A stretch of 64,000 nt of DNA from Thermoplasmatota archaeon (GTDB lineage Archaea > Thermoplasmatota > Thermoplasmata > Thermoplasmatales > ARK-15), in assembly GCA_031961865.1 (NCBI GenBank), contig JAVRLB010000001.1, positions 11,719-75,718 of the forward strand, given 5' to 3'. Below are positions 9,352 through 19,156 of the stretch, piece by piece (within the stretch, counting starts at the first letter, position 1; every line of letters starts with the position of its first letter). The translations under genes were made by a program, and so were the position numbers. The notes below the pieces were generated by a model. It was not told the origin of the DNA and did not search any database. It saw only the letters and a list, made by a program, of their open reading frames with translations.

Positions 9352-10422
9352 ATGAATTCATTAGTAAAAGAGCTACTGTCAAAAAATAATAATCCGGTTC
9401 CAGAACAGAGTGTTAGTGAAGATGATACTGAATTAACAGAGCTTTTAAAGCAGTTAAAAACGAGTATCAAGATCATTGGCTGTGGTGGATCTGGGTCAAA
9501 TACTATCACAAGAATATTTGATTCTAATATTAAAGATGTAGAGTTAATTGCTGCAAATACAGATGCTCAACATTTGCTTATTACGAGATCTCAAAAAAAG
9601 ATACTTTTAGGCAAGCGTGCAACTAGAGGATTAGGTGCCGGAGCATTGCCAGAGATTGGTGCAGAAGCTGTAAAAGAAGCTGAAGATATAGTAAGAAAAA
9701 CTATAGCAGGTGCGGATATAGTTTTTGTCACTGCAGGTATGGGTGGCGGTACAGGTACAGGCAGTGCTCCTATTGTGGCTAAGATGGCGAAAGAAGAAGG
9801 AGCATTGGTTATAGCTGTAACAACGTTACCATTTTCCGCAGAGGGCAAATTAAGGATGGATAATGCTTTAATAGGATTAGAGAAACTGAAAGAAAGTGCT
9901 GACACTACTATCGTGATCCCTAACGACAAATTATTGCAGTTGGTTCCAAGGTTACCTTTGAACGCAGCATTCAGGGTAGCAGATGAAGTGTTGATGAGAG
10001 CGATCAGAGGCATATCTGACATGGTTACAAAACCGGGGCTTGTAAATCTGGATTTTAATGATTTAAGGACCATAATGAAAGATGGTGGTATTGCGATGAT
10101 TGGACTTGGAGAGAGCGACAGTGAAAATAGAGCAGAAGAAGCACTCAACGAAGCTTTAAACTCTCCATTGCTGGATATTGACATTTCTGGTGCTACAGGT
10201 GCATTGATAGATGTGGTGGGCGGTGAAAATATGACAATAGAAGAGGCAGAGAAGATTGTTGCAAATGTTTCTGCCAGACTGAACCAACACGCGAAGATTA
10301 TATGGGGCTCATCAGTAAAAGTAGATGCAGGGAATACGATGAGCGTAATGCTTGTGATCACGGGTATAAAAGATGCGCACAGTTTAGATAAGAACAAGGG
10401 AAAACTAGATGTAATAAAATGA
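9352..10422 (+). CDS. ftsZ: cell division protein FtsZ
   Basis: Tubulin signature GGGTGTGSAPIVA, IGCGGSGSNT, NTDAQHL. Confidence 0.95.
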   Translation: MNSLVKELLSKNNNPVPEQSVSEDDTELTELLKQLKTSIKIIGCGGSGSNTITRIFDSNIKDVELIAANTDAQHLLITRSQKKILLGKRATRGLGAGALPEIGAEAVKEAEDIVRKTIAGADIVFVTAGMGGGTGTGSAPIVAKMAKEEGALVIAVTTLPFSAEGKLRMDNALIGLEKLKESADTTIVIPNDKLLQLVPRLPLNAAFRVADEVLMRAIRGISDMVTKPGLVNLDFNDLRTIMKDGGIAMIGLGESDSENRAEEALNEALNSPLLDIDISGATGALIDVVGGENMTIEEAEKIVANVSARLNQHAKIIWGSSVKVDAGNTMSVMLVITGIKDAHSLDKNKGKLDVIK

Positions 10423-10439
10423 GATAGAGGTTAATCAAT

Positions 10440-10661
10440 ATGGGAATATCTGATAAGTTTGATGATTTACAACATGATCTGGATGACAGATTTTCACAGA
10501 TAGGTAAAGGAAAGTATTCTAGAATATTAAAAATGGCACGAAAGCCAACGCATGAAGAGTATATCAGAACTGCAGAAATTACTAGTGCCGGTCTAGCATT
10601 GATTGGTGGTCTAGGATTCCTGATTTATTACATTATGTCTATTCTTGTAAAAATTCCATAA
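10440..10661 (+). CDS. secE: protein translocase subunit SecE / Sec61-gamma
   Basis: 73 aa with a single C-terminal TM (AGLALIGGLGFLIYYIM), preceded by KPTHEEY. Sits in the conserved position directly upstream of spt5-L11. Confidence 0.75.
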   Translation: MGISDKFDDLQHDLDDRFSQIGKGKYSRILKMARKPTHEEYIRTAEITSAGLALIGGLGFLIYYIMSILVKIP

Positions 10662-10673
10662 AGGGTAAAGAAC

Positions 10674-11615
10674 ATGATAACTGCAGACAGCAATGGGCAA
10701 GTTAAATCTGAGAAAGAACCTAAAAACACTGAAAACAAGTTGATAAAGCTAACATTGAGCAAAAAGAACTTTGAGATGTCATCAGGTAGAACGGCAGATA
10801 TAACTGCAACGGTAGAGAATTTTACAGACAACAAAGAGAGTGTTTCTTTTTCTATAAAAAGCACTTTTCACATGCAGAACAGGGATCTAGAATGGACTAT
10901 AAAAACTACCGGGCTCGAAGAATCAAAATCAAAAAATAAGAACTACGTGGGGAAACAGGAGATAAATGATTTAATAAGCGAGAATTTAAATAAGATTTTT
11001 GAAAGAACTATAGAAATCGGAGGAAGAGCGAAAAAGAGTATACTATTGCAGATTAGCACACCAAAAGGGTCTGCACTGGGAGATGCAGCTAATTTTGAGA
11101 TATCTGTATCATTTTTGAGAGACAAAACGATTTATGATACAGATATGGTATCAATAGCTTTAGTGAGCACGATAGTAGCGATAAAAACCTCACTGGGTCA
11201 AGAGGTAGCGGTTGCACAGGATCTTGGCAAAAAAATAGTTATAAACAAGGTTGACTACGTTTATGCAATAATGGTACCTTCTAAGCTAAAAGGTTACATT
11301 TTTGTAGAAACTTTGCATCCAGATCAGATGTTATCTTTTGTAAAAAGCGTAAAAGGAATAAAAGGTGTAGTAAAGGGAGAGATGAATATTGACGAAGTGT
11401 TACACTATTTAACGCCCAAACCAGCGACTGAAGGGTTGATGGTTGGCGGAATTGTAGAACTTATAGACGGTCCGTTTAAAGGGGAAAGAGCAAAGATCAT
11501 AGAGATCGATGCAACTAAAAACAACATTGTAGTGGAACTTATAGAAGCTATAGTTCCAATTCCTTTGAATGTCAGGGCTGATTCTGTAAAATTAATTGAA
11601 AATGCTAAGGAGTGA
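10674..11615 (+). CDS. spt5: transcription elongation factor Spt5 (NusG) with a long N-terminal extension
   Basis: The C-terminal 156 aa is a canonical NGN domain (IVAIKTSLGQE...GYIFVE) plus a KOW domain (GGIVELIDGPFKGERAKIIEID). It is preceded in frame by 157 stop-free codons. Confidence 0.8.
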   Translation: MITADSNGQVKSEKEPKNTENKLIKLTLSKKNFEMSSGRTADITATVENFTDNKESVSFSIKSTFHMQNRDLEWTIKTTGLEESKSKNKNYVGKQEINDLISENLNKIFERTIEIGGRAKKSILLQISTPKGSALGDAANFEISVSFLRDKTIYDTDMVSIALVSTIVAIKTSLGQEVAVAQDLGKKIVINKVDYVYAIMVPSKLKGYIFVETLHPDQMLSFVKSVKGIKGVVKGEMNIDEVLHYLTPKPATEGLMVGGIVELIDGPFKGERAKIIEIDATKNNIVVELIEAIVPIPLNVRADSVKLIENAKE

Positions 11616-11621
11616 TAAAAA

Positions 11622-12098
11622 ATGGCAAACATTGTTAAAAGTTTGGTAGAGGGAGGCAAAGCAACTCCCGGACCACCTTTAGGTCCAGCACTTGGGCCAC
11701 TAGGTGTGAATATAGGGCAGATAATAAAAGAGATAAATGATAAAACAAAACTGTATGAAGGGATGCAGGTGCCAGTAACAATAAAAGTAGACACAGCGAC
11801 GAAGAAATTTGAGATAGAAGTAGGTACCCCTCCAGCCAGTGCGCTAATTATAAAAGAGTTAAAAGTTGAGAAAGGGTCTGGCAATCCGAAGGCTCAGAAA
11901 ATTGGAGATTTAAAGCTAGAACAAGTTTATAAGATTGCAAAAATGAAGATGTCTAATTCTCTATCTTATACTTTAAAAGGAATGGCACTTGAGATTATTG
12001 GATCTTGTGTTTCTCTAGGAGTAACGGTAGAAGGATTGGATCCCAGAGAGATGCAGAAAAAGATCAAGAATGAAGAGGTAAAAGTTCCAGAAAGTTAA
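11622..12098 (+). CDS. rpl11: 50S ribosomal protein L11 (uL11)
   Basis: GGKATPGPPLGPALGPLGVNIGQIIKEIN motif. Conserved operon position. Confidence 0.95.
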   Translation: MANIVKSLVEGGKATPGPPLGPALGPLGVNIGQIIKEINDKTKLYEGMQVPVTIKVDTATKKFEIEVGTPPASALIIKELKVEKGSGNPKAQKIGDLKLEQVYKIAKMKMSNSLSYTLKGMALEIIGSCVSLGVTVEGLDPREMQKKIKNEEVKVPES

Positions 12099-12182
12099 TA
12101 TATACGTAACCATTTCAACTAAAAAAGCTGTAGGAGAGTTTAAAAACTCGAAATAAAAAATACTACAGGGTGGTCAAATAAA

Positions 12183-12827
12183 ATGGATAATGAAAAAGTA
12201 TTAGAAGCAGTTCGAGAAGCTATATCTAAGTCTCCAGAGCGTAAGTTTTTAGAAAGTGTGGAGCTCTCTATTAATTTGCGTTATATAGATTTATCAGATC
12301 CTAAAAAGAGAATAAATGAAGAGATACTTTTACCTAATGGCAGAGGAAAACCTATAAAAGTGGCTGTATTTGCGTCGGGAGAGACTGCATTAAAAGCTGG
12401 TAAGGTAGCGGACAGAGTGATAATGCCAGAAGAGATTGATTCTATTGTAGAAAACAAGAGAAAAGCCAGAAAATTTGCAAACAGTTACGATTATTTTTTG
12501 GCAGAGGCACCGTTAATGACCAAGATAGGTAAGGTATTTGGTATATTTTTAGGGCCTAGAGGCAAGATGGCAAGGCCTATCGGAGTAGGTACAGATCCTG
12601 CACCACTGATTCAGAATCTTAGAAAAACTGTTAAGGCCAGGACGAAAGATAGAAGAACGTTTCAGGTACCGATTGGAGTAAAGACAATGGCTCCTGAGAT
12701 ACTGGCTCAGAATATACAGGAAGTATTGAAAAAAATAACTGCGAAGTTGGACAATGGGGAATATAATATAGATACTCTTTATGTTAAAACTACCATGGGT
12801 CCAGCGATCAAAATTGAGGTGCGATGA
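12183..12827 (+). CDS. rpl1: 50S ribosomal protein L1 (uL1)
   Basis: FLESVELSINL...LPNGRGK...LGPRGKM pattern. Operon position. Confidence 0.95.
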   Translation: MDNEKVLEAVREAISKSPERKFLESVELSINLRYIDLSDPKKRINEEILLPNGRGKPIKVAVFASGETALKAGKVADRVIMPEEIDSIVENKRKARKFANSYDYFLAEAPLMTKIGKVFGIFLGPRGKMARPIGVGTDPAPLIQNLRKTVKARTKDRRTFQVPIGVKTMAPEILAQNIQEVLKKITAKLDNGEYNIDTLYVKTTMGPAIKIEVR

Positions 12828-13684
12828 ATATGGTATCACAACAAAAGATGGAACTCGTAAATGACCTGGTAAAGATGATTTCTGAATATGACGTTGTTGG
12901 TATTGTAGGCATCAGAGGTATACCAGGCACACAGATCAACACAATTAGAAGAACACTTCGCGGTAATGCAAAGATTGTAGTGAGCAAAAACAATTATATA
13001 TCATTAGCATTAAAAGAAGCTGCCAAATCGAAAAACGGGCTTGAAAAGTTAACAGAGCATATCTCTAATCAAACGGGATTGATTCTTGGAAACACAGATC
13101 CCTTCAAATTAGCAAAGATCATCTCTAAATCCAAGACCAAAGCTGCTGCCAAAGGTGGAGAGATAGCTGAAGATGACATTGAAGTTCATGAGGGAGAGAC
13201 ACAGTTTAAACCAGGTCCTATAGTCAGTGATTTTCAGAAAGTAGGAATACCGGCAGCAATAGAAAAAGGAAAGGTAGTGATAAAAAAAGAGCAGAAAGTG
13301 GTATCAAAAGGTGAAGTGATCAGCAAAGACATGGCTCAAATGCTCTCTAAGCTTGAGATATTTCCAGTAACTATAGGATTGGACCTTAAGGCAATATATG
13401 AAGAGGGAATAGTATATAATGCAGATGCCTTGACGGTTGATAGTGATAAGACTTTAGAGATGCTAAGACAGACATCTATGTACGGCACAAGTCTGGCTTT
13501 GAATATAGGATATTTTACAAAGAGCACAGTGCCGATATTTTTGGCAAACGCTCACAGAGAGGCACTTTCACTAGCCGTAAGTAGCAAGATTTATTCATCA
13601 GAATCTATTGCTATATTATTGCAACAGGCAAATTTGAGCATGATGACACTAAATAAAATGTTAGAAAACAAAAATGGAGGTTAA
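12824..13684 (+). CDS. rplP0: 50S ribosomal stalk protein P0 (uL10)
   Basis: 286 aa. ATGA overlap with L1. Position between L1 and P1. [15 protein letters not shown] motif. Confidence 0.9.
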   Translation: MNMVSQQKMELVNDLVKMISEYDVVGIVGIRGIPGTQINTIRRTLRGNAKIVVSKNNYISLALKEAAKSKNGLEKLTEHISNQTGLILGNTDPFKLAKIISKSKTKAAAKGGEIAEDDIEVHEGETQFKPGPIVSDFQKVGIPAAIEKGKVVIKKEQKVVSKGEVISKDMAQMLSKLEIFPVTIGLDLKAIYEEGIVYNADALTVDSDKTLEMLRQTSMYGTSLALNIGYFTKSTVPIFLANAHREALSLAVSSKIYSSESIAILLQQANLSMMTLNKMLENKNGG

Positions 13685-13688
13685 GAAA

Positions 13689-13991
13689 ATGGAATATGTA
13701 TACAGTGTATTGATATTGCATACGTTGGGAAAAGAGATTACAGAAGAGAACATTGCAAAGATCATTACAGCAGCTGGAGCTACTCCAGATACTGCTAAGA
13801 TTAAAGCGCTAATCTCTTCTTTAGAAGGCATAAATATAGACGAGGCAATCAAAGCTACTGCATTTGCAGCCGCAGCACCAGCAGCAGCACCGGCCCAACC
13901 TGCAAAAGAAGAGAAGAAAGAAGAGAAGAAAAAAGAAGAAAAGAAAGATGAAGAAGAGGCCATGGCTGGACTTGGATCTCTGTTTGGTTAA
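13689..13991 (+). CDS. rpl12: 50S ribosomal stalk protein P1 (aL12)
   Basis: [11 protein letters not shown]... N-terminus, an Ala/Pro hinge, an [17 protein letters not shown] tail and the terminal MAGLGSLFG motif. GGAGGT SD lies 8 nt upstream of ATG 13689. Confidence 0.9.
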   Translation: MEYVYSVLILHTLGKEITEENIAKIITAAGATPDTAKIKALISSLEGINIDEAIKATAFAAAAPAAAPAQPAKEEKKEEKKKEEKKDEEEAMAGLGSLFG

Positions 13992-14031
13992 ATTAAACAG
14001 AAATCCCTTTTTATTTTTTGGTGGAATTTAG

Positions 14032-14196
14032 ATGGATCTTGCTAAATTGTTTGGAATTATTTTTTTATTTTTGATACCTATCATTATGATTATTTTAAAT
14101 TTTACAATACTGCCAAACATACTACTTTTAATTATCGGGTTCAGCTGGATCGGTACCAGTGTTATCATACTTACTTTAGATAGTAATTCATCTTAA
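14032..14196 (+). CDS. possible 54-aa two-helix membrane peptide (below the ORF-track cutoff)
   Basis: My own translation: MDLAKLFGIIFLFLIPIIMIILNFTILPNILLLIIGFSWIGTSVIILTLDSNSS. The 3' end overlaps the convergent coaBC by 9 nt. Confidence 0.3.
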   Translation: MDLAKLFGIIFLFLIPIIMIILNFTILPNILLLIIGFSWIGTSVIILTLDSNSS

Positions 14197-15372
14197 CATC
14201 ATTTTTAATATTTGAAGTGTTACTTCTGATTTTGAACCGACCAGTTTTTTGTATTTATTCTTTTCAATAAATAGTATTTCAGTATATTCTTTTTTCACTT
14301 TCTTGAGATCATTTGCAATCAAGAACTCAAGATTGTATTTTTTCAGTTTTTCCTGCCCTTTCTTAAGAAGCAAGTCATCAGAGATGTCATATTCAGCCTT
14401 GAATCCAACAAGTACATTTTTATATCTATTTCGCAGTGCTAAAATAAATTTTGGATTTGGCACAAGCTCTATATTTAAAGACTGGTCACTTGAAATTTTT
14501 CCAGCACTTTTTTTAACTGTAAAATCAGATAATGCAGCAGGTACTATTATATAGTCATATTCGAGCATCTTCGGGATATCAGCAATAAGAGAACTTACAC
14601 TGTCAAAATGTTCGGTTTTTATGTATGAGGGAATTAAAACAGAATATGTGCCTATTAGAAGAGTTACATCTGCGCCAAGATAAAAAGCATTTTTTGCCAG
14701 AGCTAATGCCGTTTCTCCAGTAGATAAATTTGAAATTGTGCGAACATCATCTATATATTCCACAGAGCCACCGCCAATAACCAGCACTTTCTTGTTTTTG
14801 TAATCTTCATTTAAAGCTCTTAAAACATATGCAACAATTGTATCATTATCTGCCATCTTCGCTTTGTTTTCTTCTATTTTTGGTGGTACGAAAAGCACAC
14901 CGTATCTCTCTAGAGTTTTGACATTGTTTTTTATAACTGGATTATTATACATTTTGTCATGCATTGCAGGTGCAATAAGAATCTTTATTGAGCCAAGTGC
15001 AGTGGCTGCAAATAGTGATACAGTTGAATCTGCTATACCGTTTGCTATTTTTGAGAGCGTATTTGCTGAACAGGGTGCAATTAAAAGCAGATCTGTTCTA
15101 TCCAAAAGATCTACATGCTCAACGTTTCCTGATATGTAATCTATCACATCATTTCCAGTAGCAAACTTTAAAGAGTCAACAGTAATTATCTTTTTTGCGC
15201 TTTCAGTCATCACTGCCTGAACATCCGCGCCAAATCTGATAAGCTCACGTGCCAGTTTTACAGTTTCTTCTCCGGCTATGGAACCTGTAATGCCCAGAAT
15301 AATCTTCTTGTTCAACAATAAATTGCTCTTTGTACCTTTTATCTTTTCAGAAGGATGCATATCTATACACAA
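14188..15372 (-). CDS. coaBC: bifunctional phosphopantothenoylcysteine decarboxylase / phosphopantothenate-cysteine ligase
   Basis: N-terminal flavoprotein domain (ILGITGSIAG, APCSANTLSKIANGIAD, PAMHDKMY) plus a C-terminal DFP/CoaB domain (ISNLSTGETALALA). Confidence 0.9.
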   Translation of the reverse strand: MCIDMHPSEKIKGTKSNLLLNKKIILGITGSIAGEETVKLARELIRFGADVQAVMTESAKKIITVDSLKFATGNDVIDYISGNVEHVDLLDRTDLLLIAPCSANTLSKIANGIADSTVSLFAATALGSIKILIAPAMHDKMYNNPVIKNNVKTLERYGVLFVPPKIEENKAKMADNDTIVAYVLRALNEDYKNKKVLVIGGGSVEYIDDVRTISNLSTGETALALAKNAFYLGADVTLLIGTYSVLIPSYIKTEHFDSVSSLIADIPKMLEYDYIIVPAALSDFTVKKSAGKISSDQSLNIELVPNPKFILALRNRYKNVLVGFKAEYDISDDLLLKKGQEKLKKYNLEFLIANDLKKVKKEYTEILFIEKNKYKKLVGSKSEVTLQILKMMLR

Positions 15373-15399
15373 TATAAATAAACTTATAAATTTTTGTTT

Positions 15400-16113
15400 T
15401 TAAAGTTCAAAATTGGTCTTAATATAATCTATAAGCCTGTCCGTGATGAGTTTGTTTAGCTGATCACCAAGCTCAGGTGTTGCACCTTCAGGATCACTCA
15501 ACGTCCCATAAGTGTAATATTCTCTGATATCTTTGAGTACCATATACTTTTTTTCTGTTTTTTTCTTTTCGTATTTCCACTCTTTTTTTACAAGTTCAGG
15601 AGCAATTGCCATTACCCTGGAAGTTTCTATTATCCCGGCATGTGAATCTGTTTCAGGCACCAATCTCCCACGATACTCGTAAGCAATATCATAATCTGAG
15701 AGAACCATGATCTTAATATGGTAAATATCTAGAATTTCATCTGCTGCAAGGTTCAAAGCTGCCATATGCAATTTGCTGGCGTGACCGGACAATATGACAA
15801 TATTTTTGACGCCAGTTTTGCAAACGGCATTTAAAATATCAAATACCAGCATTTTTAAGGTTTCAAAATTTATTGATATTGTGCCCTTAAAAGAATTCAT
15901 TGTCTTGGTCCATCCATAACTGATAGGAGGTAAAATAATGGCGCCAATTCGGTCAGAAATCTGTTCTGCAATATAATATGGTTGGATCATATCCGAGCTT
16001 AAAGGTAAATGTGGGCCATGCTCTTCTACAGAGCCTATTGGCAATATCACTACAGTTTTATCATTAAGCATCTTTTCAAGTTCTGTGTATGTTAGGTTAT
16101 CCCATCTTATCAT
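15400..16113 (-). CDS. creatininase-family amidohydrolase
   Basis: LPIGSVEEHGPHLPLSSD and SGHASK...HAGIIETS motifs of the creatinine amidohydrolase/ArfB family. Confidence 0.8.
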   Translation of the reverse strand: MIRWDNLTYTELEKMLNDKTVVILPIGSVEEHGPHLPLSSDMIQPYYIAEQISDRIGAIILPPISYGWTKTMNSFKGTISINFETLKMLVFDILNAVCKTGVKNIVILSGHASKLHMAALNLAADEILDIYHIKIMVLSDYDIAYEYRGRLVPETDSHAGIIETSRVMAIAPELVKKEWKYEKKKTEKKYMVLKDIREYYTYGTLSDPEGATPELGDQLNKLITDRLIDYIKTNFEL

Positions 16114-16235
16114 GTTGATCGTTTACTATTATTAATCATTTCATTTATAAACATTTCCATATCATCTATATACTGAGTTTTTTTTTCAGGAACTGTTAAA
16201 TCTCTGGAATTTAATAAAGCCCATCTCAGGCTTTG

Positions 16236-16662
16236 TCACATCTTAGTTGATACGATCTGACTTGCGATCATCTGCTCCACATCTTTTGACTGCTTCATCG
16301 CTTCACTTGATCTCCCTTTTTCCATGTTATGGAGGGATCGTGTCAGCATTGTCCAAACACGTCTCGCTATGTTTATTGCCGCATTTATGTCTCGATCTAT
16401 TATCCCACAAATCGTACACTTCAGGATTCTTCCTTGTCCTTTTCACTCATTTACACATCCCTAACATTCCCTGCTCGTGTTCCTTGTTTCTTTTCTTGAT
16501 CCTTACCACTTCTGAAAGATCATATATCTCTTGATGATCTTCATTGCCAACTATTACGTTTTTCAGATTTCTATCTACTCCAACCGTATTTGTATATTCT
16601 ATAAATTCTGGATCATTGGTATCTTTTGTTCTCTCTCTTATAAGCTCAGATATGTTAACTGA
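16236..16662 (-). pseudogene. tnpB: decayed TnpB (IS200/IS605 OrfB) remnant
   Basis: My translation of the minus strand gives a RuvC-I region (...EYTNTVGVDRNLKNVIVGNEDHQEIYDLSEV...), then a stop and frameshift. A zinc-finger/RuvC-III end follows (KCTICGIIDRDINAAINIARRVW...GRSSEAMKQS). Most of the roughly 400-aa protein is missing. Confidence 0.6.
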
Positions 16663-16859
16663 CTAATTTTTGTTAAATTGCTTAAGCGCAGTATAAAATA
16701 GCTCAAATTTAAGTGACATGCATAGTGCAAAGTGTATATTTCATGTTTTTGTTGCTCAAAATCTTGTTTTTATCAACGGAGATTTGATAACATCCTCTCT
16801 CAAAAAGTTTATTATATATGTAAACATTTACGAATTTTGAATTAAAGGTGAATGAGAGA

Positions 16860-17249
16860 ATGACTAGTTTCAAGATAGTAATAGCAGATCCTAAAAATGG
16901 AAAAAGTTATAAAAAAGAACTTGCCAGTCCTCAAGCAGATGCACTGGTAGGCAAAAAGATAGGTGAAGAGATAGACGGTTTATTGTTAGACCTAGCAGAA
17001 TATAAACTGAAGATCATGGGCGGAACAGACAAAGATGGTTTTCCAATGCGCTCTGATCTTGCTGGTGGAGTTAGAAAATCGTTACTTGTAACTAAAGGAT
17101 TTGGTTTTAATCCTAAAAAAGAGGGAGCAAGAAAGAAGAAAATGTTTCGTGGGAACATGATTAATCCTGATATTGTGCAGATCAACATGGTAATTACCCA
17201 GTACGGATCTAAAAGCTTGGAAGAGAGCAATAAAGAAGGTGCTTCATGA
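16860..17249 (+). CDS. rps6e: 30S ribosomal protein S6e (eS6)
   Basis: [18 protein letters not shown]...[17 protein letters not shown]...FRGNMI matches the S6e pattern. ATG at 16860 is preferred over the GTG at 16848. Confidence 0.9.
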   Translation: MTSFKIVIADPKNGKSYKKELASPQADALVGKKIGEEIDGLLLDLAEYKLKIMGGTDKDGFPMRSDLAGGVRKSLLVTKGFGFNPKKEGARKKKMFRGNMINPDIVQINMVITQYGSKSLEESNKEGAS

Positions 17250-18478
17250 AAGCGCTACCAGAACAGTCTGAATTAAATATCGGAATGGTGGGCCATGTTG
17301 ATCATGGCAAAACTACGTTGACTAAGGCTCTAACTGGAGTATGGACCGATACTTACAGTGAAGAAATAAAAAGAGGAATATCCATTAAACTTGGATATGC
17401 AGATACTGCATTTTACACATGTACCGATGAAAATGGAGAACTTATTTACACTACAGATCCGGACAAAAGATGTGTAAAAGGAGTGAAACTGAGAAGAGTG
17501 GTCAGCTTTGTAGATGCTCCTGGCCACGAAACACTAATGGCAACTATGTTGTCTGGTGCCGCGATTATGAACGGAGCACTGCTTTTAGTTGCAGCAAATC
17601 AAACATGCCCGTTACCACAGACAAAAGAGCATTTAATGGCACTAGAAATTATGGGGCTTAAGAATATTGTGATTGTTCAGAATAAGATAGATCTCGTAAC
17701 TGATGAGAGAGCAAGAGAAAACTATCAGGAGATAAAAAGATTTGTTAAAGGCACTATTGCCGAGAACGCTCCCATAATACCGGTAAGTGCACATCATGAT
17801 GCCAATATAGATTTGTTAATTGAAGCAATAGAAGAAACTATTCCTACTCCTAAATTCGATAAAAGCAAAAGTCCCAGAATGTATATAGCAAGATCTTTCG
17901 ACGTAAATCGCCCTGGAAGTGATATAAACAAGCTTGTGGGTGGTGTGATTGGAGGGTCTTTAATACAGGGAGTTTTCAATATCGGAGATGAGATTGAGAT
18001 TATGCCTGGATTTCAGGTAACTAAAGGAAGAAAAACGATATGGGAACCAATTTACACAACAGTTAGAACGTTAGTAGCATCTGGCAAGATGGTAGATAGT
18101 GTTAAACCAGGTGGATTGATTGCAATAGGGACAGGTCTGGATCCAGCTCTTACCAAGGCAGATGGTCTTACTGGCAGAGTTGCTGGAGCTCCCGGTACAT
18201 TGCCAAAAGATATAGATGAGATATCTGTGGATATTCATTTATTAGAAAATGTAGTAGGACATACTACGGAAATCAAGGTTGAAAATATAAGAACTAATGA
18301 AGCATTGATGATAAGTGTAGGAACTGCTACTACGGTGGGCATTGTAAAAAGTGCAAGGACAGATATAGCAGACATATCTCTAAAAAATCCGATTGTAGCA
18401 GAAAAAGGGCAGAGAATCTCAATAAGCAGAAAGATTACAAATAGATGGCGATTGATAGGATATGGTATTATCAGATAG
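17246..18478 (+). CDS. eif2g: translation initiation factor aIF2 gamma subunit
   Basis: GTPase motifs [15 protein letters not shown] and NKIDL. Zinc-knuckle region. ATGA overlap with S6e. Confidence 0.95.
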   Translation: MKALPEQSELNIGMVGHVDHGKTTLTKALTGVWTDTYSEEIKRGISIKLGYADTAFYTCTDENGELIYTTDPDKRCVKGVKLRRVVSFVDAPGHETLMATMLSGAAIMNGALLLVAANQTCPLPQTKEHLMALEIMGLKNIVIVQNKIDLVTDERARENYQEIKRFVKGTIAENAPIIPVSAHHDANIDLLIEAIEETIPTPKFDKSKSPRMYIARSFDVNRPGSDINKLVGGVIGGSLIQGVFNIGDEIEIMPGFQVTKGRKTIWEPIYTTVRTLVASGKMVDSVKPGGLIAIGTGLDPALTKADGLTGRVAGAPGTLPKDIDEISVDIHLLENVVGHTTEIKVENIRTNEALMISVGTATTVGIVKSARTDIADISLKNPIVAEKGQRISISRKITNRWRLIGYGIIR

Positions 18479-19055
18479 TGTCTATTTTCAGCTGCGTGGT
18501 TTTATTTGAAAAATAGGGATATAAACCATATTTTTGAATTATGATCATTGTCAGAATATCCATGAACTCTGGGCCATAATCTTTCTTTGGAATATACGCA
18601 GGCATATTCTTCGGAATGCTAATATTTAACTTTTCAAAGATTTCAAGAGTTTCTTTTCTTTCTTCTCCAAATATTTTTTCAGCGTAAGTGGGCCTGCCAA
18701 CATCACATTTATCGAGCTCATACTTTAAAATTGGGCGCTTAAATAACTTATAAAGTATGTATAATGCAACATCTGAAGATTCAGGATGCTCGGACACATA
18801 AGTGCCTATTATATCATATATTGATTTTTCCTTTACAGAGGCAACACTGTATACTTTTGACGGCTTGATATCTTTCTCTCTTAAGATATTCATGTCCTGT
18901 AGCGCATAAAGATATCCAGTTAAGACCAGTCTATGTATCTTATTTCCCCTTTTTTCTAGTTCTTTAATAATGGAAGTTATGGACATTCCATCGTCTGCAA
19001 GGATCTCAAGTATCTGGTCTTTTATGGATTTTAAAACAATATCTTTTTTCAACAT
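18471..19055 (-). CDS. conserved hypothetical protein with an N-terminal winged-helix-like domain
   Basis: 194 aa. [24 protein letters not shown]...[14 protein letters not shown] looks like a wHTH. The remainder is unassigned. Confidence 0.45.
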   Translation of the reverse strand: MLKKDIVLKSIKDQILEILADDGMSITSIIKELEKRGNKIHRLVLTGYLYALQDMNILREKDIKPSKVYSVASVKEKSIYDIIGTYVSEHPESSDVALYILYKLFKRPILKYELDKCDVGRPTYAEKIFGEERKETLEIFEKLNISIPKNMPAYIPKKDYGPEFMDILTMIIIQKYGLYPYFSNKTTQLKIDTI

Positions 19056-19156
19056 AATTTCGTGCCTTTGAAGGTTATGAATGTTCTAGTAAAAAAGTTT
19101 TACTATGATATATATATTACTGTAGTATAATCTTAAATTTGATTTCCGGAGATACT

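Noticed and set aside
9591-10397. 268-aa ORF antisense to ftsZ
   Set aside because: Shadow ORF. Its low-complexity Ser/Ala/Ile/Pro-rich translation has no motifs, while the sense strand carries unambiguous FtsZ signatures.
11405-11884. 159-aa ORF antisense to the spt5/rpl11 junction
   Set aside because: It spans two well-supported genes on the other strand and has low-complexity content.
12128-12168. Inverted repeat CTGTAG-N29-CTACAG in the L11-L1 spacer, considered as an L1 autoregulatory mimic
   Set aside because: The stem is only 6 bp with a large A-rich loop. I could not identify the conserved L1-binding core, so this is not supportable by eye.
13900-13965. GAA/AAG-rich quasi-tandem repeat
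   Set aside because: This is simply the coding sequence for the [17 protein letters not shown] acidic/lysine tail of stalk protein P1.
16247-16534. 95-aa plus-strand ORF
   Set aside because: Antisense to the TnpB remnant. The Leu/Ser/His-rich translation has no features, and the minus strand carries the recognisable motifs.
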